Shown piece by piece: positions 1 to 9,059 of a stretch of 64,000 bases of DNA (position 1 is the stretch's first letter; each line of letters opens with the position of its first letter). Source of the stretch: Candidatus Omnitrophota bacterium (GTDB lineage Bacteria > Omnitrophota > Gorgyraeia > Duberdicusellales > 4484-171); assembly GCA_020352775.1 (NCBI GenBank), contig CP070684.1, positions 1,035,679-1,099,678 of the forward strand, in the 5' to 3' direction. Under the pieces are notes generated by a model. It was not told the DNA's origin. It worked only from the letters and a program-made list of their open reading frames with translations, and did no database searches. The translations under genes and the position numbers were made by a program.

Positions 1-1
1 A

Positions 2-403
2 ATTGTAGAGCTTACCGAGACCGGCGAGAGTTTGCGCACCGCGGGCTTAAAAGAAATCGCAACTTTGTGCGAATCGACTACGAAGTTCATTGCAAATAAG
101 ACTTCATATAAAGATAGGTGGAAAAATAAAAAAATGGAGCATCTCCTTCTGCTTTTAAAAGGTGCATTGGAGGCAAGGGGCAAGGTGGGATTGAAGCTTA
201 ACCTAAGAGAGAAAGACTTAAAGAAGATTTTAAAATTACTTCCGGCGTTAAAAAAGCCCACAGTTTCTTCTCTTACGGTGAAAGACTGGGTTGCTTGTGA
301 GGTAATTATTGAGGAAAGTCAGGTACGTAACCTTGTGCCTCTTCTTAAAGAAGCCGGAGCACAAGGAATTATTGAATATCCCTTAAATAAAGTAATTCCC
401 TAG
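2..403 (+). CDS. hisG: ATP phosphoribosyltransferase, long form (C-terminal part; 5' end outside window)
   Basis: Frame is open from the window edge: IVELTETGESLRTAGLK...LPALKKPTVSSL...GAQGIIEYPLNKVIP, the typical HisG catalytic end plus C-terminal regulatory domain. Confidence 0.92.
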   Translation: MVELTETGESLRTAGLKEIATLCESTTKFIANKTSYKDRWKNKKMEHLLLLLKGALEARGKVGLKLNLREKDLKKILKLLPALKKPTVSSLTVKDWVACEVIIEESQVRNLVPLLKEAGAQGIIEYPLNKVIP

Positions 404-424
404 TTTGGATTTTAAGGAGCAAAG

Positions 425-514
425 ATGCCCTGCGGAAAAAAGAAAAAGTTACGAAAAGTAAAGAGACACTGGTTTAAAAAAAGAAGAAAGCAACAGAGAC
501 ATAAGTCACGATAA
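425..514 (+). CDS. 29-aa basic protein, bS22 / AURKAIP1-COX24 (mS38)-like small ribosomal protein
   Basis: Not in the ORF track. AAGGAG Shine-Dalgarno precedes ATG; translation MPCGKKKKLRKVKRHWFKKRRKQQRHKSR* fits the MPxGKK...H..KK...RHK pattern of the family. Confidence 0.8.
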   Translation: MPCGKKKKLRKVKRHWFKKRRKQQRHKSR

Positions 515-521
515 GCCTTCA

Positions 522-1502
522 ATGAGATTTTTTGCCGCGTTTATTACGATCTCTCTTATTGTAATACCTTTTACTTTTGCTAAAAACAAACCCCCCTCCA
601 AACGCCTCTATAAGAATTATCTTCAAGCTGTTTTATCCATCGAACAGGGTGATTTTCGTACCGGCCTAAAAGGCTTAGAGAAGGCAAAGAAATTTGACCC
701 CGCCTCTTTCCATATCAGACTCAAAAAAGCAGCGCTACATATTCGTTTAGGAGAAATGAAAGAAGCTGAGAAGGAGTTAAGAGAGACAAAGAAAATCGAT
801 CCGGAACGGATGGACGCTTCTTTAGCTTTGATTTTTCTTTATTCTTATACCCAGCAGGACCGAGAACTGGAAAAAGAATATGAAGAGTTTTTAACTAAAG
901 CTCATGAGCTAAAACCAGAGGAAATTAAGATTTCTGAATACCTGGCGCAATTTTATTTTTATAAAAAGCGACTTCAAGATGCCATTAAAATCTATGAGGC
1001 AATTGTAGCAAAAAAGCCTGATTATCTTGAGGGCGTTTTCTGGCTGGGGGTTCTTTACGAGGAAGAGGGCCAAAGAGTAGAAGCGATTGAGATGTGGAAA
1101 CGCGCTTTGCAGATAGACGAGCACCATGCTCCAACCTTAAACTCTTTAGGGTATGTCTATGCTGAGGAGGGGATACATCTTGATGAAGCTGAGAGGATGG
1201 TTAAAAGAGCTCTGGAAAAAGAACCCGATAGCGGAGTGTATTTAGACAGCTTAGGCTGGATCTATTTTAAAAAAAAAGAATATCAGAAGGCCGAGGAGTA
1301 TTTAAAAAAGGCAGCTGCGGTGACCGAAGATTCGGTAATCTTTGAACATCTGGGAGATGTTTATATTGCCTTAGGAAACGTAGAAGAAGCCTTAAAATAC
1401 TACAAGAAAGGCATTGAGATTTCTCCGGAGAGTGATGAGTTAAAGGAAAAATTAGAGAAGTATGGACCGAAAGATCAAATTCCTGAAGAAGAAAGCAACT
1501 GA
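522..1502 (+). CDS. Exported tetratricopeptide-repeat protein
   Basis: Signal-peptide-like N-terminus; several TPR motifs (LNSLGYVYAE, YLDSLGWIYFK, EHLGDVY). Confidence 0.85.
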   Translation: MRFFAAFITISLIVIPFTFAKNKPPSKRLYKNYLQAVLSIEQGDFRTGLKGLEKAKKFDPASFHIRLKKAALHIRLGEMKEAEKELRETKKIDPERMDASLALIFLYSYTQQDRELEKEYEEFLTKAHELKPEEIKISEYLAQFYFYKKRLQDAIKIYEAIVAKKPDYLEGVFWLGVLYEEEGQRVEAIEMWKRALQIDEHHAPTLNSLGYVYAEEGIHLDEAERMVKRALEKEPDSGVYLDSLGWIYFKKKEYQKAEEYLKKAAAVTEDSVIFEHLGDVYIALGNVEEALKYYKKGIEISPESDELKEKLEKYGPKDQIPEEESN

Positions 1503-2310
1503 GATACGAAGGCTTATCGTGCAGATGCTGGCAAAGGCCGGCAGTGGTCATCCCGGTGGGTCTTTATCTTCCACTGATATTATCACCTGCCTCTTTTTTG
1601 CTGTGATGCGTCACACCCCTAGCGATCCACAGTGGTCAGACAGAGACAGGTTTCATCTTTCTAAAGGTCATTGTTGTCCGGCGCTTTATGCGGCATTATC
1701 TCTGTGCGGTTATTTTCCTAAAAAAGAATTATGGAATTTAAGACAGTTGGGCGCAATGCTGCAGGGTCATCCTGATAGAAGAACGCCGGGGGTGGAAGTA
1801 GCAAGTGGTTCATTAGGGCAAGGATTATCTGTTGCTTTAGGCATGGCTTTAGCAGGTAAAGTTGATAAAAAAGATTGGCGCATATATTGCCTCATGGGAG
1901 ATGGAGAAATCCAGGAAGGAAATATCTGGGAAGCAGCCATGGCAGCAGCGCATTTTAAGTTGGATAATTTATGCGGCGTCGTCGATTACAATCATTTTCA
2001 GATAGACGGCAGGACCGAAGAAATAATGAATTTAGAACCTTTGGTTAATAAATGGGAGTCTTTTGGCTGGCACGTGGTGCAGTGTGATGGACATAATATC
2101 GAAGAGCTACTTGAGGCTTTTGATGAAGCCAAGGCAATTAAGTTTAAGCCTACCGTGATCATCGCCCACACCGTGAAGGGCAAAGGAGTTTCTTTCATGG
2201 AGCATGTGGTGGATTTTCATGGTCGTGCCCCCACTGCGCAAGAAAAGGATATCGCTTTAAAGGAGCTTGATGAGATTGAAAAAATAGAGGAGACAAAAGG
2301 TAAGAAGTAA
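1462..2310 (+). CDS. Transketolase, N-terminal (TPP-binding) subunit
   Basis: GSGHPGGSLS, DRDRFHLSKGH, SGSLGQG and GDGEIQEG motifs. Confidence 0.95.
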   Translation: MDRKIKFLKKKATEIRRLIVQMLAKAGSGHPGGSLSSTDIITCLFFAVMRHTPSDPQWSDRDRFHLSKGHCCPALYAALSLCGYFPKKELWNLRQLGAMLQGHPDRRTPGVEVASGSLGQGLSVALGMALAGKVDKKDWRIYCLMGDGEIQEGNIWEAAMAAAHFKLDNLCGVVDYNHFQIDGRTEEIMNLEPLVNKWESFGWHVVQCDGHNIEELLEAFDEAKAIKFKPTVIIAHTVKGKGVSFMEHVVDFHGRAPTAQEKDIALKELDEIEKIEETKGKK

Positions 2311-2311
2311 G

Positions 2312-3247
2312 ATGGAGTCATTATACGCGCGCGATATTTACGGAAAGACCCTTATTGAATTAGGCAAAAAGGATTTAAGAGTTGTAGTTTTAGATGCTGA
2401 CCTTTCAGGTTCTACTCGTACTGCTCTTTTTGGCCGTGAGTACCCTGATAGGTTTTTTAACTTTGGTGTTGCAGAACAAAATATGATGGCAGCTGCTGCG
2501 GGCCTGGCAAGCTGTGGTAAAATAGTATTTGCTTCTACTTTTGCCATGTTCGCTACCGCAAGAGTGATGGATCAGGTAAGGAACTCTATCTGTTACAATA
2601 ATTTTAATGTTAAGATTGTCGCATCCCACGCAGGGATCACAGTTGGAGAAGATGGTTCCAGCCACCAGGCTTTAGAAGATATTAATTTATTGCGTGCCAT
2701 TCCACAACTACGCATAATTGTTCCCTGCGATGCCTGGGAGACAAGGGATGCGATATTTGCAGCTTATGAAACCGAAGGTCCTTTCTATATTCGTATGGGA
2801 AGGGCTAAGATTCCCACCATCGAGCAAAAGAAAAAGTTTAAGGTTGGTAAAGGTTATGTGATTGAAGAGGGAGAAGACCTTGCGATAATAGCCTGCGGAA
2901 TTATGATGAATGAGTCTTTGGAGGCTAACAAGTTATTAAAGAAAGAAGGCGTTTCAGCTACGGTGGTAAATATGCACACCATAAAACCAATCGATGAAGA
3001 TCTGATTGTTGATATCGCCAAAAAACATAAAAAGATTATGGTATGTGAAGAACATCAAGTGATAGGAGGCCTTTATTCTGCAGTATGTGAAGTTCTGGCA
3101 CGTAAGTGCCCCACTCTCATAGAGCGGGTGGGGATTGAGGATAGCTTTGGCCAATCGGGCTCTCCTAAGGAGTTGATGGATTTTTATGGTCTTTCCTCTA
3201 GCGGCATCGCTAAAAAAGCGCAAAAATTTATACGGCAGCACAGTTAA
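2312..3247 (+). CDS. Transketolase, C-terminal subunit
   Basis: DADLSGST, FNFGVAEQNM, GEDGSSHQALED, TIKPID and EEH motifs. Confidence 0.95.
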   Translation: MESLYARDIYGKTLIELGKKDLRVVVLDADLSGSTRTALFGREYPDRFFNFGVAEQNMMAAAAGLASCGKIVFASTFAMFATARVMDQVRNSICYNNFNVKIVASHAGITVGEDGSSHQALEDINLLRAIPQLRIIVPCDAWETRDAIFAAYETEGPFYIRMGRAKIPTIEQKKKFKVGKGYVIEEGEDLAIIACGIMMNESLEANKLLKKEGVSATVVNMHTIKPIDEDLIVDIAKKHKKIMVCEEHQVIGGLYSAVCEVLARKCPTLIERVGIEDSFGQSGSPKELMDFYGLSSSGIAKKAQKFIRQHS

Positions 3248-4079
3248 GGTATTAAGTCCCGCCAAGATCAATCTTTATCTTAATATCCTTGGTAAATACA
3301 GTAATGGCTTTCATTGTATTGAAAGTATCGTAGAGAGAGTTTCTCTTTTTGATGAGATTACTATCCGCACAACTAAAACCAATACGGTCACCATTTCTTC
3401 TAATGTTAAAAGCCTTACGACCGATACAAATCTTTGTGTGCGGGCAGCTAAAGTTTTAGTAAGAAAGCAGAAATTGCCTTTTGGATTTGATATTTTTCTT
3501 AAAAAGCGAATACCTCTCGGGGCTGGTTTGGGCGGAGGATCTTCCAATGCTGCTTCTACCCTTATGGGTATAAATAAGCTTCTGAATCTGAAATTGTCAG
3601 AATCAACGCTTTATCAATTAGGCGCACAATTAGGAAGCGATGTAAATTTCTTTATTTCACAGAGCCCCTTTGCTTTTATTTCCGGGAGAGGGGAGAAAGT
3701 AGTTCCTTTTAAGGGGAAAAGCTTGCGTCATCTTATTTTTTGGCCTGGTACAACCTTACCTACTAAAAGGGTATATGCTGTGCAGAGAGCGAAATTGACA
3801 AAGGTTTTTTCCAATGTTAAGATATTAACTCATGCCATAAAAAAAGGCGACACGGCCCTCATTAAAAATAATATTTTTAACGCTCTTGAGGAGCCAGCAT
3901 TAAGGATTTGTAAAGAGTTAAGAGAGGTAAAAGAATATTTAGCCCAAAAAGGAATAGAAGCGAAGGTCACAGGGAGTGGGAGTGCCCTCTATACAGTTTT
4001 AGATGGTACTACACCTCATAAGATAGAAGGGAAGCTGGCTAACAAAAGATGGCTAGTGTTCGCAGTTTGTACGGTTTAA
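3186..4079 (+). CDS. ispE: 4-diphosphocytidyl-2-C-methyl-D-erythritol kinase
   Basis: PAKINLYL, IPLGAGLGGGSSNAA, LGSDVNFF and TGSGS GHMP-kinase motifs; start codon uncertain. Confidence 0.93.
   Translation: MVFPLAASLKKRKNLYGSTVKVLSPAKINLYLNILGKYSNGFHCIESIVERVSLFDEITIRTTKTNTVTISSNVKSLTTDTNLCVRAAKVLVRKQKLPFGFDIFLKKRIPLGAGLGGGSSNAASTLMGINKLLNLKLSESTLYQLGAQLGSDVNFFISQSPFAFISGRGEKVVPFKGKSLRHLIFWPGTTLPTKRVYAVQRAKLTKVFSNVKILTHAIKKGDTALIKNNIFNALEEPALRICKELREVKEYLAQKGIEAKVTGSGSALYTVLDGTTPHKIEGKLANKRWLVFAVCTV
3795..3823 (+). promoter_or_regulatory. Sigma70-type promoter internal to ispE, probably driving spoVG-tRNA-Gln-glmU-prs
   Basis: TTGACA (3795-3800), 17 bp, TAAGAT (3818-3823) with an extended -10 TG. 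Confidence 0.55.
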
Positions 4080-4094
4080 AAGGAGGTAGGAGCT

Positions 4095-4523
4095 ATGGAA
4101 ATCACAGAAGTTAGAATTTCGCTCCGGGAACACGAAGGCAAAAGGCTTAAGGCTTATGCAACAGTTACATTTGACAACTCGTTTGTGGTGCGAAACATCA
4201 AGGTTGTTGAAGGCAACAACGGTCTCTTTGTGGCAATGCCCGCAAGAAAGTTAAAGCAGTTTTGCGCTCGCTGCGGGAAAAAGGTTGATGTCGGAAGCCG
4301 TTATTGCAATATGTGTGGTGTGCAATTGCCATCGTCCCCCAAAAATGCAAGTTTAGACAAACAAGCTACCCATCAGGACTTAGCACACCCTATTAATCAA
4401 GAGTTCCGTGATTATCTTCAAAGCAAGGTGTTGGATGCTTACTACGAGGAGAAAAAGACAGCTGGGAAAGAGTCCCATGCTTTCGAAGAGGGTCCTGCGC
4501 CAGAAGCAGAGGAAGAAGCATAG
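4095..4523 (+). CDS. spoVG: SpoVG family nucleic-acid-binding protein with an inserted Zn-ribbon
   Basis: MEITEVRI, LKAYATVTFDNSFVVRNIKVVEG, GLFVAMP, DLAHPIN; insertion CARC...YCNMCG. Confidence 0.9.
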   Translation: MEITEVRISLREHEGKRLKAYATVTFDNSFVVRNIKVVEGNNGLFVAMPARKLKQFCARCGKKVDVGSRYCNMCGVQLPSSPKNASLDKQATHQDLAHPINQEFRDYLQSKVLDAYYEEKKTAGKESHAFEEGPAPEAEEEA

Positions 4524-4548
4524 AGCGCTTTTTGTTGAGATAGAGATT

Positions 4549-4620
4549 TGCCCGGTAGTGTAATTGGTAACACACGAGAATTTGGATCTCGCTTTCCTGG
4601 TTCGAGTCCAGGCCGGGCAG
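4549..4620 (+). tRNA. tRNA-Gln(UUG), CCA not encoded
   Basis: Cloverleaf: acceptor TGCCCGG/CCGGGCA, D arm GTGT/ACAC, anticodon stem CGAGA/TCTCG with loop ATTTGGA, T arm CCTGG-TTCGAGT-CCAGG. Confidence 0.93.
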
Positions 4621-4685
4621 TTATGCAGATAAATTTCGCCGAATATATACTGGGTGAACTTTTACGATGAAACTTTAATAATTTT

Positions 4686-5939
4686 ATGGAAAAAATAACC
4701 GCAATAGTTTTGGCTGCAGGTAAGGGAGTGAGGATGAAGTCGTCCATTCCGAAAGTGTTACATGAAGTTGCAGGAAGACCTTTGGTTTATCATGTTTTGC
4801 AGCAATTAGTTGGTCTGGAAAAACACATTGATCAGATTCTGGTAGTGGTGGGATACCAGGCTAAACTGGTAGAAAAAGAAATAAAGAAACATTTTCCCGG
4901 AGTTCAATGCATCTACCAGAAAAAACTACTGGGAACAGCCGATGCTTTGCGTTGTGCTAAAGATAAAGTAAGCCATGATAAGGTATTGATTTTGTGTGGC
5001 GATGCTCCTCTCATTAGACGTTCAACTTTAGCTTCGCTTATTTCTTCTAAGAAAAAATCTAGTTGCTGTGTGGTTAGTGCATGCAAAGATGGAAAGAATT
5101 CACTCGGCAGGATTATTCGCGACTCAAAAGGTCGTGTTAAAGCTATACGCGAAGCAATAGAGCTGGGGGCCGGTGCTAATCACCGAGAAGTTAATAGCGG
5201 TATTTATCTTTTTGATCGTAAGATTTTATTTTCGAATTTAAAAAAAATAGAGAAAAATAAAAAGAAAGGGGAATATTTTCTTACCGATATTATAGAGATT
5301 TTATATGGTCAAGGCATACCAGTAGACTCATATATGCTCGAGAGCGATGAGGAGATTTTGGGAATAAATACTCAAAAAGATCTTCACCTTGCTGAGAAGA
5401 TCATGCGTAGCCGTCTCCTGGAGCAATATATTGATAAGGGAGTACGGATTATTGATCCTGAGACCACTTTTATCGAAGAGGGAGTTAAGATAGGCAAAAA
5501 CACGGTGATTTTTCCCTTTACCTTCATAGAAAAGGGTGTTATAATTGGCGCTAATTGTTCCCTGGGTCCCTTTATTCATGTAAGGGGAAACTCCCGCATA
5601 AATAACGATACCCATTTAGGTAATTATGTGGAAGTGAACCGTTCTGTGATTGGAAAGAACGTAAAAATGAAGCATTTTGGATATTTGGGAGATACAGCTG
5701 TGGAGGGTGATGCTAACATTGGAGCCGGTACGGTGGTAGCGAATTTTGACGGCAAACGAAAGCATAAAACTCATATCGGCAAAGAAGCTTTTATTGGCTC
5801 TGATACTATTTTGGTGGCACCGGTTAAGGTAGGCAAAAAGGGAGCTACTGGTGCAGGGAGTGTGGTTACAAAGGACGTTAAAGCTGGCACAGTAGTAGTG
5901 GGGGTGCCGGCAAAGATTCTTAAAAAAAGGAAGGGCTAA
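4686..5939 (+). CDS. glmU: Bifunctional UDP-GlcNAc pyrophosphorylase / glucosamine-1-phosphate acetyltransferase
   Basis: LAAGKGVRMKS, PKVLH, GTADA, EYFLTD, hexapeptide repeats, YLGD, NIGAGT. Confidence 0.93.
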   Translation: MEKITAIVLAAGKGVRMKSSIPKVLHEVAGRPLVYHVLQQLVGLEKHIDQILVVVGYQAKLVEKEIKKHFPGVQCIYQKKLLGTADALRCAKDKVSHDKVLILCGDAPLIRRSTLASLISSKKKSSCCVVSACKDGKNSLGRIIRDSKGRVKAIREAIELGAGANHREVNSGIYLFDRKILFSNLKKIEKNKKKGEYFLTDIIEILYGQGIPVDSYMLESDEEILGINTQKDLHLAEKIMRSRLLEQYIDKGVRIIDPETTFIEEGVKIGKNTVIFPFTFIEKGVIIGANCSLGPFIHVRGNSRINNDTHLGNYVEVNRSVIGKNVKMKHFGYLGDTAVEGDANIGAGTVVANFDGKRKHKTHIGKEAFIGSDTILVAPVKVGKKGATGAGSVVTKDVKAGTVVVGVPAKILKKRKG

Positions 5940-5941
5940 TA

Positions 5942-6892
5942 ATGGATAAAATGATTGTTTTAAGCGGCAATTCTAATAAGCTTTTGGCGGATAAGATAAG
6001 CGCAGCCTTGAAAGTAAAACAAGCCAAAGCTTTAGTTTCACGCTTTAGCGATGGTGAAATAAGAGTCAAAATTGAAGAGAATGTAAGAGGAAAAGATGTT
6101 TTTCTTATTCAATCGACTTGTGCTCCGGTAAATGAGAATTTAATGGAATTGCTGATTATGCTCGATGCGACACGCCGTGCCTCTCCTTTTAGGATTACTG
6201 CGGTTATTCCTTATTTTGGCTATGCGCGCCAAGACAGAAAGGATCAGCCACGCGTACCAATCACGGCTAAGCTGGTCGCTAACCTTTTAACTGGTGCCGG
6301 TGCCTCACGCGTCTTGACTTTGGATTTGCACGCCGGACAGATTCAGGGGTTTTTTGATATCCCCCTAGACCATCTTTATTCTATTAATGCCTTTGTGGAT
6401 TATTTTAAAAAAGCGAAGGTAAATAATAATCTGGTGGTTGTTTCTCCTGATGTGGGCGGAATAAAGATGGCACGAGCCTATGCCAAAAGATTTCGTGCCG
6501 GATTAGCTATTGTGGATAAAAGACGCAATGCTCCTGATGCTACCGAGGTTATGCATATTCTGGGAGAAGTAAAGGGAAAAAATGTAATTATGGTAGATGA
6601 CATTATTGCTACCGGCAGCTCTTTGGTGGAAGCTGCAAAAGCTTTAAGAAAAGGCGGAGCAAAAAAGATTTATGCCGCAGTAGCTCACGGGGTGTTATCT
6701 TCAAACGCTATAGAAAAAATAGAGAAGTCTGATATAGACATGGTGGTTGTTACGGATTCTATTCCGTTGGATAGTAAGAAAAAGAGCAAGAAGGTGAAGG
6801 TTGTTTCAGTAGGAAAGCTTTTTGCCGACGCAATAAAGAGGATACATTTTGAGAAGTCAATAAGTGTGCTTTTTGAATCAATAGGGAGTTAA
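5942..6892 (+). CDS. prs: Ribose-phosphate pyrophosphokinase
   Basis: FSDGE, PYFGYARQDRK, DLHAGQIQGFFDIP, VDDIIATG. Confidence 0.97.
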   Translation: MDKMIVLSGNSNKLLADKISAALKVKQAKALVSRFSDGEIRVKIEENVRGKDVFLIQSTCAPVNENLMELLIMLDATRRASPFRITAVIPYFGYARQDRKDQPRVPITAKLVANLLTGAGASRVLTLDLHAGQIQGFFDIPLDHLYSINAFVDYFKKAKVNNNLVVVSPDVGGIKMARAYAKRFRAGLAIVDKRRNAPDATEVMHILGEVKGKNVIMVDDIIATGSSLVEAAKALRKGGAKKIYAAVAHGVLSSNAIEKIEKSDIDMVVVTDSIPLDSKKKSKKVKVVSVGKLFADAIKRIHFEKSISVLFESIGS

Positions 6893-6893
6893 C

Positions 6894-7595
6894 ATGGAAA
6901 AAGTAAAAATTGATGCAATTTTAAGGGAAAAGTCGGGTAAAGAGGTAACCAAGAAATTGAGAAAAGAAGGGTCTATCCCCGCAGTCATATACGGTAAAGA
7001 AACAAATCTATCCGTTCAGATTCCTCACCAAGGACTAAGGACGTTAAAATCAATCCATTTTTCAGAAAGCACTGTTATCGAAATGGTAGTTAGTAACAAT
7101 AAGAAGCACGAAACTTTCCCGGTTATCATAAAGGATATCCAGCACCATCCTTTGACCGATGAAGTTATACATCTGGATTTCTTAAAAGTCTCACTCAAGG
7201 AAAAAATTACAGTGCATATTCCGATAGTGTTCAGAGGAGAGGCAAAAGGAGCTAAAGAGGGGGGGACCCTTGAGCAGCTTTTATGGGAGTTAGAAGTAGA
7301 AGGACTTCCTATGGATATCCCTGAAAAAGTTGAGATTGACATTTCCGGATTAGAGATTGGACATTCCCTTCACGTTAGTGATGTAACAATTACAGGTGAT
7401 GTAGAAATAGTAACCCCTGCTGAGGATGCAATTGTAACCGTAAGCGTTAAGAAGGTAGAAGAAGAAGTTGTGCCGGCAGAAGAGGAAGCTGTGCCCCAAG
7501 AGCCAGAGGTAATAAAAGAGAAGAAAGAAGTTCCAGAGGAAGAAGGGGCCAAAAAAGAAGAAAAGCCTAAAAAAGAAGAAAAGAAGGAGAGCTAG
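6894..7595 (+). CDS. rplY: 50S ribosomal protein L25 / CTC (long form)
   Basis: IPAVIYG, DIQHHPL...HLDF, C-terminal TL5 domain and acidic/basic tail. Confidence 0.94.
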   Translation: MEKVKIDAILREKSGKEVTKKLRKEGSIPAVIYGKETNLSVQIPHQGLRTLKSIHFSESTVIEMVVSNNKKHETFPVIIKDIQHHPLTDEVIHLDFLKVSLKEKITVHIPIVFRGEAKGAKEGGTLEQLLWELEVEGLPMDIPEKVEIDISGLEIGHSLHVSDVTITGDVEIVTPAEDAIVTVSVKKVEEEVVPAEEEAVPQEPEVIKEKKEVPEEEGAKKEEKPKKEEKKES

Positions 7596-7690
7596 TCTCT
7601 CAAAAAAGAGCCTGCCCTCAAAAACATATAGATTGCAAGGCGTTGTGATAAAAGGCGATTATTTGATAAATTTAATCACATTTTAAGAAA

Positions 7691-8260
7691 GTGCGGATAA
7701 TTTTTGGTTTGGGCAATCCCGGCTTTCGATATAAAAATACACGTCATAACATAGGATATATGACCGTGGAGGCGATTGCCAAGGAAAAAAGAATTAGCTT
7801 TAAGAGAAACCTAGAATTAAGCGCCCAGCTGGTTCAGTTTAAGGTAGATGAAGAGGAAGTTGTTTTGGTCAAACCGCGCACCTTTATGAATAATTCAGGT
7901 ACTTGTGTGAAAAAGGTTTTAAGTAAGTATAAGTGTTTGCCCAAAGAAACTTTAGTAGTGCATGATGATGTAGATTTGCCGTTGGGCGTATTAAGATTTC
8001 GCCAACGGGGAAGGTTCGGAGGTCATCGCGGTATCGCATCGATTCTATCTTCTTTAGATACCGATGATTTTAATAGACTGAAAATTGGAATCGGTAGGCC
8101 CGATTCAAAAGAAGTGTCAGATTATGTTCTTTGCGGCTTTTCCAGAAAAGAAAAGAGAGTTTTATCAGAAATGGTTGAAAGAGCAGTGGCAGCATGTATG
8201 GATTGGGTACGTTGTGGTAGCCACTATGTAATGAGTAGATATAATCAGCGTTCCCAATGA
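7691..8260 (+). CDS. pth: Peptidyl-tRNA hydrolase
   Basis: GLGNPG, TRHNIG, KPRTFMNNSG, HDDVDL, GGHRG, RLKIGIGRP. Confidence 0.96.
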   Translation: MRIIFGLGNPGFRYKNTRHNIGYMTVEAIAKEKRISFKRNLELSAQLVQFKVDEEEVVLVKPRTFMNNSGTCVKKVLSKYKCLPKETLVVHDDVDLPLGVLRFRQRGRFGGHRGIASILSSLDTDDFNRLKIGIGRPDSKEVSDYVLCGFSRKEKRVLSEMVERAVAACMDWVRCGSHYVMSRYNQRSQ

Positions 8261-8285
8261 TTGCTTTCAAAAATAAGGAGGAAAA

Positions 8286-8615
8286 GTGATTAGAAGCTAC
8301 GAAAGTATGATGATTTTCAGGCCTGACTTAGGAGAAGAGCAGAGAGAAGAGATGTTTCAAAAAATAATCAAGAAAATCGAGGGCCTGGAAGGTAAAGTTC
8401 TTCTTTCTAATGTGTGGGCCAGTGAAAGAAGTCTCTATTATCCTTTAAGATCCAGAGGAGCAGAGAAAAAGAAGTATTCTAAGGGCAGCTACTGGTGCAT
8501 ACAATTTTCGTTGGATACGGAGAAATTAGCTGATTTGAAAGAGACAATCAGACTCGAGGAAAGGATATTAAGAAATATAATTGTAAGGAAAGAGACAGAG
8601 AAAACCAAGGCTTAA
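8286..8615 (+). CDS. rpsF: 30S ribosomal protein S6
   Basis: YESMMIFRPDL N-terminus; rpsF-ssb-rpsR-rplI synteny; strong SD. Confidence 0.9.
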   Translation: MIRSYESMMIFRPDLGEEQREEMFQKIIKKIEGLEGKVLLSNVWASERSLYYPLRSRGAEKKKYSKGSYWCIQFSLDTEKLADLKETIRLEERILRNIIVRKETEKTKA

Positions 8616-8629
8616 TTTAAGGAGGCGAA

Positions 8630-9058
8630 ATGGTCAATCTTAATCGAGTATTTTTGATAGGTAATCTGACCCGAGACCCTGAATTGCGCTATACTCCTCA
8701 AGGAACCGCAGTTTCTACTTTAAGAATTGCAGTAAACACTCCCTTTAGAGATAAGGGTGGGCAGCTTCAGCGCGGTACCTGTTTTGTAAATGTAGTGGTA
8801 TGGGCACAACTGGCAGAAGTCTGCAACCAGTATTTGCAAAAGGGAAGACAGATTTTTGTAGAAGGAAGGCTACAATCACGTTCCTGGCAGGATAGCGAAG
8901 GAAAGAACCGTTCTGTCCTTGAGGTGAGAGCAGCAAGGGTTCAGTTTATGCCCAGAGCAGAGAAGCAAGAGGTGCGGGAAGTAGATTTGGGGGAAGAACC
9001 CGACCAGAATATAAATGCGGAACACACTGAAGGTCAAGAATTAGGAGAGGCGATATAA
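8630..9058 (+). CDS. ssb: Single-stranded DNA-binding protein
   Basis: [30 protein letters not shown]. Confidence 0.96.
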   Translation: MVNLNRVFLIGNLTRDPELRYTPQGTAVSTLRIAVNTPFRDKGGQLQRGTCFVNVVVWAQLAEVCNQYLQKGRQIFVEGRLQSRSWQDSEGKNRSVLEVRAARVQFMPRAEKQEVREVDLGEEPDQNINAEHTEGQELGEAI

Positions 9059-9059
9059 A

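Noticed and set aside
7644-7680. TGTGAT...ATCACA inverted repeat upstream of pth, resembling a CRP/FNR site
   Set aside because: Half-sites are about 25 bp apart instead of 6; AT-rich context makes chance likely
8240-8285. Possible S6:S18 leader RNA or promoter (TATAAT at 8240) before rpsF
   Set aside because: No convincing stem with the CCG motif; TATAAT is explained by the Tyr-Asn codons at the end of pth
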